NCBI GenBank assembly: GCA_963825135.1 | Contig: CAWGRW010000009.1 | Span: forward strand, 224,001-288,000 | Source: an uncultured bacterium | GTDB taxonomy: Bacteria > Desulfobacterota_D > UBA1144 > Nemesobacterales > UBA2774 | Reading direction: 5' to 3' | Length of the DNA: 64,000 nucleotides | Part shown: piece after piece, positions 51,798 through 62,303 of the stretch | How the letters are laid out: every line of letters starts with the position of its first letter | Position numbering within the stretch: the first letter of the stretch is position 1 | Made by a program: the position numbers and the translations under genes | The notes under the pieces: generated by a model | What the model saw: the letters and a program-made list of their open reading frames with translations, nothing else | What the model was told of the DNA's origin: nothing | The model's database searches: none

Positions 51798-51930
51798 TGA
51801 CCTGCCCCCCTATAATAGGTCCATAGTATAAGTTTGCAATTCGATAAAGAAACGTTTTTACAACAACTGATTAGGGAGAGTAATAAAGAGAAATTTCGTA
51901 AGTTATTTGGGTTTAGAGGGGAGCAGTACA
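51798..51930 (+). mobile_element. IS3-derived mini-element (133 bp)
   Basis: TGACCTGCCCCCC...GGGGAGCAGTACA imperfect TG..CA inverted repeats. Confidence 0.75.
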
Positions 51931-52073
51931 TCTTTACACAGAGACCCACTTATAATTCCGTTGAGCTTAAGAAGGTAATGTAGTAAAATGGAAATAAGAT
52001 ACAATCCGGAGGACCTAATCTAGCTAGAATATTATATAGTTCCAACCTTGTATTTATTGTAATTGGTAATATC

Positions 52074-52517
52074 ATGAAAAAGCGAGCGGAAAGAGTTAAG
52101 AGAGAAATAAGAGCGATTTTCAGTCCCGATGCTGAAAAGCCTACCAATATAGCCAAGGAGCGAACGTCCCTTTACGCAAATGCATGCAAGTTATTCGGCT
52201 CTTGGAGATATGCGCTTGAGGCATGCGGTATAGATTACGAAAACTCTAGGAATAATAAGAAATGGACACAGGACAGGATTGTTAAGGAGATTAAAAAGCT
52301 CCGGGCAGAAGGCAGCGGTCTGAGACCATCTGTACTTAGAAAAAATGGGAAGACTAGCCTCGTATCTGCAGCCGAGTATCATTTCGGTTCTTGGAGGAGT
52401 GCGGTCGAGACATCCGGCATCAATTATTCCTTCGGGAGAAAGAAGAAAACCGATTGTAGTTTGAGGCAAAGTGAAACAAATAAATCCTGCGATGTCGGCC
52501 GGATACGTACAAAGTGA
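52074..52517 (+). CDS. FGSW-repeat (homing-endonuclease-associated repeat-like) protein, copy 1
   Basis: Two repeats ending FGSWR.A.E..GI.Y with a KWT..I..EI linker; no nuclease domain. Confidence 0.75.
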   Translation: MKKRAERVKREIRAIFSPDAEKPTNIAKERTSLYANACKLFGSWRYALEACGIDYENSRNNKKWTQDRIVKEIKKLRAEGSGLRPSVLRKNGKTSLVSAAEYHFGSWRSAVETSGINYSFGRKKKTDCSLRQSETNKSCDVGRIRTK

Positions 52518-52653
52518 CACAGAGTAACAATACTATGGGAGAGGCAAACGCACGCACACCACGCGTACAGTCATCTAAACGTGATTAAGTCTAAACTCTC
52601 GATACTATACTTTCACATACATGGTTCACATGGTATGACAACGTACTACGAGT

Positions 52654-52788
52654 TGTACTGCTCCCCTTTTGTCAAGCCTAGTTTAAGTTGGTATTATGAA
52701 ATCTTGTGCATGCTTAGGAACACTCCCGACGGTATATAAATGCAAAATCAAAGTTAAACTATGATCCTATAATAAGGTGGTCGGGTCT
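52654..52788 (-). mobile_element. Degenerate IS3-derived mini-element
   Basis: TGTACTGCTCCCCTTTTGTCAAG at the left; degenerate left IR (AACTATGATCCTATAATAAGGTGGTCGGGTC) at the right. Confidence 0.6.
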
Positions 52789-52890
52789 TTCCTTGAAAAG
52801 TCATTATAGACAGTACAAGATCAATTACAAAATATAAGTAAATCCTAAGATGAATATGGTTGAAACCGATTGTTAAACATTGAGCAATAA

Positions 52891-52938
52891 AATAAAGCCC
52901 CATGCTCAGATCGACCTCAAAAACATGGGGCTTATTTC
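52891..52938 (-). terminator. Probable terminator hairpin
   Basis: AAGCCCCATG ... CATGGGGCTT stem downstream of the 53016-53591 gene. Confidence 0.55.
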
Positions 52939-53015
52939 GATAATTATCCTAGTACCAATACCATGAGATATCTATATATCGGCTTTCGACAGTTAATAGA
53001 CTCCAAATATCTCAT

Positions 53016-53591
53016 TTAATCAGCACAAGTGTCAGCTGGAATGGTTTTACAATCAACTTGTGTTATTGGACTTGTAAATCTATCATCTTCTTCTACTATA
53101 TTTGGATTGTTGGGATCAAACCATCCACATGCGCCTATAACCTCTCCTGTAGCCATAGTACTGTCCGTAAATATTAGGTGTAACCAGCATTGTGCAGCCT
53201 TATCTGAAAATCCAAAATTTCCACTTGCTACCGATCCAGTCAACGAAATCTGAGTTAGGTAACTGTAAAGTGGGGGGATTGCACTTGCAGCAGCTACATC
53301 CTGCATTGATCCAACCATCACTGCATCCGCACTCCCAGGACCAGGATCTGCTCCTGAAACGCATTGTCTATAAATTCCAGTGACTAGGTTTTGTCCCGCA
53401 AGCTTGATGATTATAAAATCTGTTCCCGGAAAATCAGTTAACGCATAACAGCCTCCAGAAGTTTTTGTACACGGTGGTTTTTTAGGCTGTTGTTTTCTAT
53501 TATCCTTTCCATTTGAAAAGGCGCTACTTGTAAAGACCATCATAAGAACAACAATAAATGTAATTGAAGATATAATTTTTAATTTTCTCAT
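53016..53591 (-). CDS. Secreted Cys-containing hypothetical protein
   Basis: GGGAGAG RBS, signal peptide MRKLKII...AFS, 7 Cys. Confidence 0.7.
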   Translation of the reverse strand: MRKLKIISSITFIVVLMMVFTSSAFSNGKDNRKQQPKKPPCTKTSGGCYALTDFPGTDFIIIKLAGQNLVTGIYRQCVSGADPGPGSADAVMVGSMQDVAAASAIPPLYSYLTQISLTGSVASGNFGFSDKAAQCWLHLIFTDSTMATGEVIGACGWFDPNNPNIVEEDDRFTSPITQVDCKTIPADTCAD

Positions 53592-54169
53592 TTTATACTC
53601 TCCCTGAATTTCGGATTTTTTGTGTTTAATACTATTTCCCTTATTCTCAAACAACATTAAACAAACCACTAATCGATGTTAATTTAGAATACATTTGTAT
53701 CCTTAAATTCCCCTCATATGGGAATCATATAACATCCGAAGTCTCTGTTTCACCCATAGGCATCCGCTCCAAGAATAATTTTTGACTATTTTGAAACTCA
53801 ATTGTAGATGGTAGCTTGACTGTAAATAACCGTAATGAGTTGAGATATATATTGATAGAAGTTCAGCCGTAGAAAAAACTAATGAGCTTTTAGAACATCA
53901 ATGAAATCCGCATAAATCTATATTATTCTAAGTTTATCATTAATTTACATTAACCCCATCTAATTATCATTACAACAGGTTCGAGCAGCAAATCATAGTA
54001 TTAATTTTGCTTAATACTATTGACTAAAGAAATCATCAAAACTAACTTTAGTAGTAATGGCCAAACCAATACTTTAGTAGTAATGTATAACCAGTACTAA
54101 AGTAGTATTCCGATACTATTCCCAATAGTCAAAGAGAGTTAACATTACAGTTTGACAGCTTATTATTGA

Positions 54170-54660
54170 AATAATCCTCTTGAACTCTAACCGGTGTGCG
54201 GTATCCAAGTGCCGAATGAAGGTAACTACTGTTGTAATATTGAACCCACTTATCCAGTTCACAACCAAGATCTCTTTCATTCTTCCATTCCCTTAGCCAA
54301 AAGAGCTCTTCCTATATCGTTCTAATCACTCTCTGTATCCGCGTTCCCTTTAGGGTTGTTATAGCTGGTAAATGCCTGATGGACTTCCAGATTGGAACAT
54401 GCATTCATAAAACTGAGTGATGTAGGCTGACTCCCGTTATCACTCATAAACTTTAGTCCATGACCCCTTACTCCTCCAGGGAACTCTCTGTTTAGTCCTT
54501 TCTCCAAGGCTTCCAGCCATTCTCTGCTTGTAGCTCTTCTTCCACTGTAGTGTCCTACTATCTTCTTCGTATACCAGTCCAGTACTATTACTACATAAAC
54601 CCAGCCACTGTCAGTCATAACCTTCGTCATATCTATTCCCCACCACTGTTTAGGTTCATC
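54170..54660 (-). pseudogene. IS3-family transposase (rve core) fragment
   Basis: WGIDMT, LDWYTKKIVG, SDNGSQP, YNNPKGNADTE; frameshifted and 5' truncated. Confidence 0.9.
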
Positions 54661-54664
54661 TGGT

Positions 54665-54816
54665 TATACTGCTACCCTTTTGTCAAACTCGGTTTAAGTT
54701 GGAATTATGAAGAATGCAAGGCTTCCTAACCATTCTGATAACCTTCTGTATATTATATAAGGTGCTTTGTCCAATATCTAATTTAAACTATGGACCTATT
54801 ATAGGGGGGCAGGTCA
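54665..54816 (-). mobile_element. IS3-derived mini-element (152 bp)
   Basis: TATACTGCTACCCTTTTGTCAA ... GGACCTATTATAGGGGGGCAGGTCA. Confidence 0.75.
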
Positions 54817-54940
54817 GTGACAAAAAACAATATCAAGGTAGTTAACAGTACGCCAATTACAATATAGTTTAATTATTTCATGCTCGATCCCCCTTTATGT
54901 TATTTTGTTCAAAACATTGCTGCCTCAATCTCTTCATGCT

Positions 54941-55753
54941 TCAACTATTAGGTTTCCGGGAAATGAAAAGGTAGTTTCCCGCACGTCCTTCATCAATAAG
55001 ACGAAGATAGGTATCAAAAAATTTAACGTGATGATCAGTGGTCTCTTTTCCCTGCTCTTTCACTATAGCATCGTAGTGTTTTTTAAATGCATCACCCCAT
55101 AGCTTGATTTGGATCCTAAAATTCTCTACATCTTCTATCACCTCCATAACCCGAAATCCCGCTTGCTTGAGTTTAGTTTTATAGCTACCTACTGAATCAT
55201 AGTATTCTGGGATAAGACAACCACGAGACATACGTTTAATGACCTCTGGGTCAGCAGGCATATCTATAGCGCCACTTAGAAAAGTAAATATGCCTTTTGA
55301 TTTTAGAACACGAAGAACCTGTCGGAAAAGCCCTTCCTTATCCTTGAACACATTTATTACATTAAAGCTAATTATCACATTAAATGCGTTTTCTGGAAAT
55401 GGCATTTCCATAGCATCACCAAGATGGAAAGTCGCACGGTCACTGAGACCTGAGTCAGCGGCAAATTTTCTTGCTCGTTCTACCCCGACATCTGAAACAT
55501 CAATTCCCATTATTCGACACCCAGTTTTTTGAGCTATATAGATAGCAGGACCTCCTACACCACTTCCAATGTCCAAAACATAAGTGTCGGCATCTATGCC
55601 TGTCTTTCGAATCAATTCATCGAGATAAGGAGGAGTGATAAAAGACTGCTGTCCGATGTCCTGGTTTCCCCAGATGGTTTTTCGCATCAACCGGTTAGCG
55701 GGACTATCCAACTGATGTAATTCCGAGTAATCTGTGCTCTCTTTCTGTTTCAT
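54941..55753 (-). CDS. Class I SAM-dependent methyltransferase (sarcosine/phosphoethanolamine N-MTase-like)
   Basis: VLDIGSGVGGPA, GIDVS, GDAMEMPF, RVLKSKG. Confidence 0.85.
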   Translation of the reverse strand: MKQKESTDYSELHQLDSPANRLMRKTIWGNQDIGQQSFITPPYLDELIRKTGIDADTYVLDIGSGVGGPAIYIAQKTGCRIMGIDVSDVGVERARKFAADSGLSDRATFHLGDAMEMPFPENAFNVIISFNVINVFKDKEGLFRQVLRVLKSKGIFTFLSGAIDMPADPEVIKRMSRGCLIPEYYDSVGSYKTKLKQAGFRVMEVIEDVENFRIQIKLWGDAFKKHYDAIVKEQGKETTDHHVKFFDTYLRLIDEGRAGNYLFISRKPNS

Positions 55754-55862
55754 TTATCCACTCCTTATTGAATATTGTTGCTATTCTAACAAAGTAGAAA
55801 GTAAAAGCAAGGGAGTGTATAGGTTCGCTAGACAAATAGGGATTTTGCTCTATCCAGAATAG

Positions 55863-56720
55863 TCAAGCAGCGTTTATACATAAAGTAATATTCTTGTAAT
55901 ACTCTTCTTCCACCTGTAACGGTGTACGGTATCCATGTGCTGAATGAAGGTAGTTCATATTGTAATATTCAACCCATTTATCCAATTCTAGGCTAAGCTC
56001 TCTTTCATTCTCCCACTCCCTTAACCAAAATATCTCTTCCTTCATTGTTCTTATCATTCTCTCTGTATCTGCGTTTCCTTTTGGGTTGTTGTAGCTTGTA
56101 AATACTTGCTCTACTTCCAGGTTGGAGCAGGCTTTCATAAACTGAGTGAAGTAGGCTGACTCCCGTTATCACTCATGAGTTTTAATTTGCAACCCCTTAC
56201 TCCTATAGGGAACTCTCTGTTTAGTACTTTCTCAAGAGCTTCTAGCCAATCTCTGCTTGTAGCTCTTGTGCCGCTGTAATGACCTACTATCTTCTTCGTA
56301 TACCAGTCCAGTACTATTACTACATATACCCAGCCACTGTCAGTCATAACCTTTGTCATATCTATTCCCCACCACTGTTTAGGTCTGTCCGGTCGGGGCT
56401 TTGGTCTCTCTGATGCCCTCTTTGCTATTAGTCTAGAGTTCGGTTTAACAGTAAGATTATGTTCTCTCATTAACCTGTATACACGCTTCTTGTTTACTAT
56501 AAATCCATCCACGTATCGTAGATATGCCCATACTCTTCTATAACCCCAGAAGGGATGCTCTCCTTTTATATCTTTTATCCTTTCAAGTAAATATTCGTTA
56601 CGAAGAGCTACAGAGTCAGACGTATTTCTCATATGAAGTCTTCCTCTGTTTTTTTTTATTCAACGGTGAGTGAGCCAATTTTCTGCTTTAGCTCCTGATT
56701 CTTCTTACGTAGACGGTTTA
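55863..56720 (-). pseudogene. IS3-family transposase: orfA tail plus frameshifted orfB, right IR lost
   Basis: WGYRRV, VNKKRVYRLMRE, DDE core, HSAHGYRTP; A-run at the orfA/orfB junction. Confidence 0.9.
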
Positions 56721-56721
56721 C

Positions 56722-56868
56722 TGTATTGCTCCCCATTTGCCAAGTTCGGTTTAAGTTGGAATTATGAAGAATGCGAACACTTCCTGGTCATCGTATTCAC
56801 CTCCTCTTAATGGGGTTTTCTACCGAAAATCTAACTTAACTTATGGACCTATTTTAGGGGGCAGGTCA
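56722..56868 (-). mobile_element. IS3-derived mini-element (147 bp)
   Basis: Both IRs present; the interior keeps an RBS and orfA-like start (MTRK) joined to orfB-like terminal codons. Confidence 0.75.
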
Positions 56869-56975
56869 GTTTGACAACTTCTCCTAAAATTGAAGCTTGA
56901 CACTGGCATATGATTATGAGAAACTCGAATTAATTGTATTCTTATAATAAACAATATATGGGGGAGGTAAATGAT

Positions 56976-57302
56976 ATGGGTAAATTCATAATAGTCTTTT
57001 TAACAATCATTTCTTCTATTGTAATAATCTCCTGTACAACTTACAAACAACCAGAGGCTGTGAATTTCGTAGATCAAGAACAAATAGTCAGAACACAACC
57101 TATACCAAATGATAGTTGCGCAGGTATAAATGATGGGGTTACTCAGTGCAGAACACAGAATGGACGGTCAATGTGCCAGGCATGTTGTAGCGGGGGATGG
57201 CTGCAACTATATGTCAGCTCGGGAAATATCGAATGCCCGTATAGACCCACTGATACCACATTTGAATGTAACTCGACTAAGTATTATGTAGGTTGTAAGT
57301 AA
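56976..57302 (+). CDS. Cys-rich lipoprotein
   Basis: GGAGGT RBS, IISC lipobox, 8 Cys in the C-terminal ~60 aa. Confidence 0.7.
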   Translation: MGKFIIVFLTIISSIVIISCTTYKQPEAVNFVDQEQIVRTQPIPNDSCAGINDGVTQCRTQNGRSMCQACCSGGWLQLYVSSGNIECPYRPTDTTFECNSTKYYVGCK

Positions 57303-57483
57303 TAGCAGAGCATTAACCCGCATATGCATTTCCTAATATTCTCTTCCTCTTTGACAAGAGGGCTTTATTTCTAGCCCTAACTTTTTTAATTGAATTATCT
57401 TTCTCCTTTGAGTTAACAAATCCTAACCTTGAGCACAGATATTGAAGAGCATCCATACCGTAGTTATGACCTTCCCCCATTCT

Positions 57484-57737
57484 TTATTCCACGGCAAGTG
57501 AGAGTTCCTCTGATACACTCATACCGCCGTATTTGCACCTCCAGCGGTAGAACGTCTGCTCGCTTATTCCGTACTTCCGGCATAGCTCGGAAACCTTCGA
57601 CCCTGATTCTTGCTCCCCAAGCACCTTGATAATCTGCTCTTTTCTATATCTACCCTTCGCATGTCCTCCTCCTATCTATTTATTCTTACTTAGGAGAAAT
57701 CTCATTTACAGTGGACTAGTTTTTGGGGAGAAGGTTC
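57484..57737 (-). mobile_element. Left end and orfA remnant of a second IS3-family element
   Basis: IR-like GAACCTTCTCCCCAAAAACTAGTCCA; EQIIKVL..ELCRKYGISEQTFYRWR.KYGG HTH. Confidence 0.75.
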
Positions 57738-57787
57738 GGCTCCCTTTTCTATTTAGTCACCGTATGGAAGCGGGGTATTTGTCCTAT

Positions 57788-57833
57788 TTATAATTCCAAC
57801 TTGAATATTTCTTGACAAAAGGGGAGCAGTACA
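57788..57833 (+). mobile_element. Solo IS3 right end
   Basis: ATAATTCCAACTT...CTTGACAAAAGGGGAGCAGTACA. Confidence 0.7.
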
Positions 57834-57957
57834 CTTTTCATACCCCAGGGCCTTTCATACCTACGGCCCCGAACCTACCATAACCTCTATCCCGTTAATA
57901 TAGAACTTGAGTCATTTTTGATTAATACTATTCAGTTATAATCAAGACGGGTATGGC

Positions 57958-59073
57958 GTGAGTCATATGGAGAAGAATAACCCCGACAATCATAATCCCG
58001 ACACAACCAAGTTGGGAGAGGTGTTTAAAGAACACTTAAATATCCGTTCCGTCTCGATAACAGGACTATTCTTACTTGCGGTGTTTTACACGCTCTACCT
58101 AGCGGGTGCCATATTTATCCCCGTTTTTTTCGCTATCATCTTAAAACTTTTACTGGCCCCTGCCGTCGATGCTCTGAATAGATTACGCATACCCCAGGCG
58201 CTGGGATCTGCGGTAGTTTTAATGGCGCTCCTGGCTGTTATATCGGCCTCATTTTATATTTTTTATCAACCTGCTGCAGACTGGACAGAAAGGGCTCCCC
58301 AAAGCCTCAGGAAAGTTGAACAGAAGCTTCGTTTCATTAAAGAGCCGGTCGAAAAAGTAAGTGAAGCTACCAAGAGCATGGAAAAGATTACAGACGTAGG
58401 GCCCAAATCCGAAGGGAGTACTGTAGAGGTCAAAAAACCGAAATTGCTCAACACCCTCTTTATTGAGACCTCGGAGTTCATCTTCGGCGTTGCGACCATG
58501 CTAATACTACTTTACTTCCTCCTGGCATCGGGAGATTTATTTCTCCGCAAGGTAATAAACGCACTCCCGAAATTAAAGGATAAGAAACAGGCGGTCGAGA
58601 TAGCGAGACATGTGGAGCGGGACGTATCCACCTACCTTTATACAATAGTAATAATCAATTTCTGCCTCGGCGTTTTGATAGGCGGAGCGATGTATGTCCT
58701 TAATATGCCTAACCCGTTTCTATGGGGTGTCATGGCTGGACTCGTCAACTTCATCCCTTATTTGGGACAGGCGGCGGGGATAACCATCATAGCCATAGTA
58801 GCATTAACTACATTCGATAATACCTATCAAACCATAGTGCCCCCGCTCGTGTACTGCGTAATAATCGGAATTGAAGGGAATATAATAACCCCCATAATAC
58901 TCGGTAGGCGGCTTTTGCTGAATCCGGTAGTGATATTCCTTGCGCTCTTATTATGGGGCTGGATATGGGGGATTCCGGGGGCATTGATCGCTGTCCCGAT
59001 CCTGGTGATACTCAAAATAATCTGTGATAATGTCGAGTCCCTGGGATCTATAGGGGAGTTTCTGGGAAGATAA
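57958..59073 (+). CDS. AI-2E family transporter
   Basis: NFIPYLG, IEGNIITP.ILG, WGWIWGIPGALIAVP. Confidence 0.92.
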   Translation: MSHMEKNNPDNHNPDTTKLGEVFKEHLNIRSVSITGLFLLAVFYTLYLAGAIFIPVFFAIILKLLLAPAVDALNRLRIPQALGSAVVLMALLAVISASFYIFYQPAADWTERAPQSLRKVEQKLRFIKEPVEKVSEATKSMEKITDVGPKSEGSTVEVKKPKLLNTLFIETSEFIFGVATMLILLYFLLASGDLFLRKVINALPKLKDKKQAVEIARHVERDVSTYLYTIVIINFCLGVLIGGAMYVLNMPNPFLWGVMAGLVNFIPYLGQAAGITIIAIVALTTFDNTYQTIVPPLVYCVIIGIEGNIITPIILGRRLLLNPVVIFLALLLWGWIWGIPGALIAVPILVILKIICDNVESLGSIGEFLGR

Positions 59074-59338
59074 CTGAAAGCAAACACAAATAAGATAGAC
59101 CGACACTAGCCACACCATTCACTTGGCTAGAAACCACCTGTTCCACAAACAATCGTAAGTGAAAACATCTAACTTTAAGGGGACCTATTTACGTGGACTT
59201 AACACATCCAAAATTCGCTTGACAAGTAGTACTGACTTGTGAGAAAATCGTAATAATAGTAATAATAGTAGTAGGGAAGGTTTCTGCACAAAATGGGATT
59301 AAGTAAAATAAGAATGAAAGAGAAAGGATGTAAAAAAG

Positions 59339-59529
59339 ATGTTTGACAACCATCTCTACAACATCATGGCACAAATAGTCGAAGAACACAAAAGCCTATG
59401 GCGGATCAAAAATATGTATAAAAAAGACGCTTCAGGCTGTAGTCAATGTCAAACCAGTTAGAAAAAGACAAAGAGGATCATATAAAAGAGCTTGAGGAAA
59501 TTATCAAAAAACATATTAACGAATGGTAA
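59339..59529 (+). pseudogene. Small helical hypothetical protein, frameshifted
   Basis: MFDNHLYNIMAQIVEEHKSLWRIKNMYKKDASGCSQC continues as LEKDKEDHIKELEEIIKKH in another frame. Confidence 0.5.
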
Positions 59530-59625
59530 CTTTTAAAAAGATAAACTAAGAAATTACCACCTTTGCTCATCAAGCTCACCGTAACACTATATGATCATGT
59601 AATTCAATAAAACGGAGGTGATATC

Positions 59626-59784
59626 ATGTCTCTGGGAACAATTTTAATTGTCATTTTAGTCCTGATCTTGATTGGGGTGATTCCTATACACGGTTGGTCG
59701 ACAAATTGGGGTTATGGACCTAGCGGATTGGTCGGATTGATACTGGTAATATTGCTTATTTTGTTGTTATTAGGAAAGCTTTAA
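59626..59784 (+). CDS. DUF3309-family small membrane protein
   Basis: GGAGGTG RBS; MSLGTILIVILVLILIGVIP...WGYGPSGLVGLILVILLILLLLGKL. Confidence 0.88.
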   Translation: MSLGTILIVILVLILIGVIPIHGWSTNWGYGPSGLVGLILVILLILLLLGKL

Positions 59785-59881
59785 AAATGCCCCATCACTA
59801 ATCCCGTCCATAGACTCTGTTGGGAGCAAGAGGCAAAATGATCAAGGAGTTGATGTACATGTTGGCCCGGATGGTGTAGCA

Positions 59882-60014
59882 TGACCTGCCCCCCTATAAT
59901 AGGTCCATAGTATAAGTTTGCTATTCGATAAAGAACCGTTTTTGCAACTGCCGATTAGGGAGAGTAATAAAGAGAAATTTCGTAAGTTATTTGGGTTTAA
60001 AGGGGAGCAGTACA
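59882..60014 (+). mobile_element. IS3-derived mini-element, near-identical to 51798-51930
   Basis: 7 differences in 133 bp by hand alignment. Confidence 0.8.
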
Positions 60015-60157
60015 TCTTTACACAGAGACCCTCTTATAATTCCGTTGAGCTTAAGAAGGTAATGTAGTAAAATGGAAATAAGATACAATCCGGAGGACCT
60101 AATCTAGCTAGAATATTATATAGTTCCAACCTCGTATTTATTGTAATAGGTAATTTT

Positions 60158-60538
60158 ATGACTAATCGAGCAGAAAGAGTCAAACGAGAAATTAGAGCGA
60201 TTTTCAAACCCGATGCTATAAAGCCTACCAATATAGCCAAGGAGCGGAGGTCCCTATATATATGCGCATGCAAGCAATTCGGTTCTTGGAGGAATGCTCT
60301 TGAAGCATCAGGAATAGATTACGAGAGCTCTAGGTATTACGAGAAATGGACAAAGGACAAGATTGCTGAGGAGATTAAAAGACTCAATGAACAAGGTAGA
60401 TACCTAAAACCATATATCCTCAGAAAGAGCGGTATGACAAAACTGGTATCCGCTGCAGAGTATCATTTCGGTTCGTGGAGAAGAGCAGTCGAAGCATGTG
60501 GCATCAATTATACATACGGGAGAGAGAAAAAAAAATGA
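60158..60538 (+). CDS. FGSW-repeat protein, copy 2
   Basis: Paralog of 52074-52517 with many synonymous differences. Confidence 0.75.
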   Translation: MTNRAERVKREIRAIFKPDAIKPTNIAKERRSLYICACKQFGSWRNALEASGIDYESSRYYEKWTKDKIAEEIKRLNEQGRYLKPYILRKSGMTKLVSAAEYHFGSWRRAVEACGINYTYGREKKK

Positions 60539-61069
60539 CTGAGGTCAGTAGTGTGTATACACATCATTTTTCGATTCCATCCAGCACTTCAATGTAGTTC
60601 AAGAGCATTTTACCCAAATGGGGAGGCTTTAGTATGTTCTGGGTATTTGGTCTTTGATGTTTGGAATACACTACCAAGCCTGATGATAAACAGTGTAACA
60701 ATTCGACTGAGAACTTCAAAAGAGCCTCCGGATTCAAATACTTAAGCAGGCGATTTTATTTATGGACTGCTTGTAAGTCCGTTGATTACTGCCTTAACGA
60801 CGCGCTTATATGCTGGAACGGTGAGTCGGATTTCTACCGGGAAATCGGGTCGGAAATCGTGGGAAAAATAAGTAAAAAAAAGTAAACTTGCGGGTTCAGA
60901 GAATTGATACGTGTCGTTGGACGACGTGCAGTCATCGAGATGTTCTTTCTGAGAAAAAGAAAATAGGCACATAAAAGCGTCAAACCTAGGAAACCAGTCC
61001 AACCTTCAAATTAATATATTGTAATAATTCTGTTCATATTCTGAAAACAGCGCACCTTACTGGTGTGTA

Positions 61070-61165
61070 GTGATTCTTCGCCATTCCGTTGACCCCCTGT
61101 ACATAGGGTTTATTGTCAAAAAATATCTAACTTATACTATGGCCCTATTATAGGGGGGCAGGTCA
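61070..61165 (-). mobile_element. Solo IS3 left end with orfA-like start
   Basis: Minus strand TGACCTGCCCCCCTATAATAGGGCCATAGTATAAGTT, then MAKNHYTP. Confidence 0.7.
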
Positions 61166-61325
61166 CCTCCATACCGCCACCTACACCATCCAACTTGTAG
61201 CGTAACAACCGCCTGTCACTGTCTATACTGTCTTTACAGTCCATTCAGACATTGACTGACCACGCAACCCACATCAGGAATGGGCTTAATTCCTCGTAAT
61301 AAAGTGGGTGCTCTTTCAAATATCT

Positions 61326-61841
61326 TTATTTGGGTGCTTCCGGCATATCCGCCTTAGGCATCTCAGGGGTGTCTACCGTAGGCATCTCCGGTGTATCCAC
61401 TTTAGGTATCTGAGGCATTTCAGCCTTGGGCATCTCCATACTCATCTTGCCCTTTATCCAATATATAACCGGAGTTTTACCCTCCTGATTCAGGGTTGTA
61501 GTTCCCGAGATTGATATACCTGTGACTGTACCCTCCCAATTCATCTTATCCCCCTTATCATTGGTGGTCTCTGCTTTAAATGTCGTAGTTTGTCCACTAA
61601 CGGTCGTTGTATAAGGGGCGCTTCCGAAACCGTACTTCTCACATGCTTTAGATTCAAACGTTCCGTCTTTAAAAATAAACTCATCCTTATCGCCCTTCTT
61701 ACCTTTTTCACCCATCTTACCTACGAAGGTTTTTCCGTCTAAAGCACCCCCTTGAGCAGATGCGGGGAACGTCCCAGCCAGGACAAAAAAGGATAGAACC
61801 ACTAGAAGAGAACAAATCCTCAAGATATTACGTTTACTCAT
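61326..61841 (-). CDS. Secreted hypothetical protein with a C-terminal Pro/Met-rich 8-aa repeat
   Basis: Signal peptide; LDGKTF..D.F.FKDG.F.S..C..YGF; PKVDTPEM/PTVDTPEM/PKADMPEA tail. Confidence 0.75.
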   Translation of the reverse strand: MSKRNILRICSLLVVLSFFVLAGTFPASAQGGALDGKTFVGKMGEKGKKGDKDEFIFKDGTFESKACEKYGFGSAPYTTTVSGQTTTFKAETTNDKGDKMNWEGTVTGISISGTTTLNQEGKTPVIYWIKGKMSMEMPKAEMPQIPKVDTPEMPTVDTPEMPKADMPEAPK

Positions 61842-62173
61842 TGCTTGATACCTCTCTTTAGTTTGATTTATGCTCTAACGGAGCATATAAAAAGCATAGC
61901 ATAGCGAAATCTGATTACATTCAAAATTTTTAGTGTAAATCTGTTTGGTCCAACTATTTAAAAAGACGAATAAATTAGTAACCTTCCGCTATTGTCTATG
62001 GACGGAAGCCACCTATCCGTCTGTATTAGGGTCACGGAATTCACTTAGGAACAGTTAAGTCTTGTTAATCGGTTGAAAGCGGGCGGTAAGCGAATAGAGC
62101 CTTTTAATGCTTCGGAACTAAACACTATAATTACCCCTTCCCTTTCTAAGAGGATAACTCCAACCCTTTATTA

Positions 62174-62220
62174 TGTACTGCTCCCCTTTTGTTAAGCTCG
62201 GCTTAAGTTGGATTTATGAA
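62174..62220 (-). mobile_element. Solo IS3 right end
   Basis: TGTACTGCTCCCCTTTTGTTAAGCTCGGCTTAAGTTGGATTTATGAA. Confidence 0.7.
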
Positions 62221-62257
62221 TAGTCCGATATATCCTGCGTCATCTTTCTGACTAAAC

Positions 62258-62284
62258 AAAAAAGGGAGCCGAAGCTCCCTTTTT
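62258..62284 (-). terminator. Rho-independent terminator
   Basis: A-run, GGGAGC-CGAA-GCTCCC, T-run. Confidence 0.85.
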
Positions 62285-62303
62285 CTAAATTTATCGGTCC
62301 TAT

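Noticed and set aside
52654..52710. Inward sigma70 promoter (TTGTCA-17 bp-TATTAT) in the IS right end
   Set aside because: The sequence is explained as the reverse complement of the transposase's last codons, and the -10 box varies among copies.
51950..60273. Antisense ORFs 51950-52156 and 60034-60273 with identical C-termini
   Set aside because: The identity follows from the duplicated DNA; their starts differ and they overlap the FGSW genes. Not fully excluded.
60551..61002. Short ORFs downstream of FGSW copy 2
   Set aside because: No RBS or recognisable motif; cannot be supported.
59869..61190. 11-bp inverted match GGATGGTGTAG outside the second composite unit
   Set aside because: The two copies are at unequal distances from the IR ends and are not a direct target duplication; probably chance.
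51798..62220. CRISPR array or integron attC sites
   Set aside because: The repeats have TG..CA IS3-type ends, retain transposase codons and are irregularly spaced. No cas or intI gene is present.
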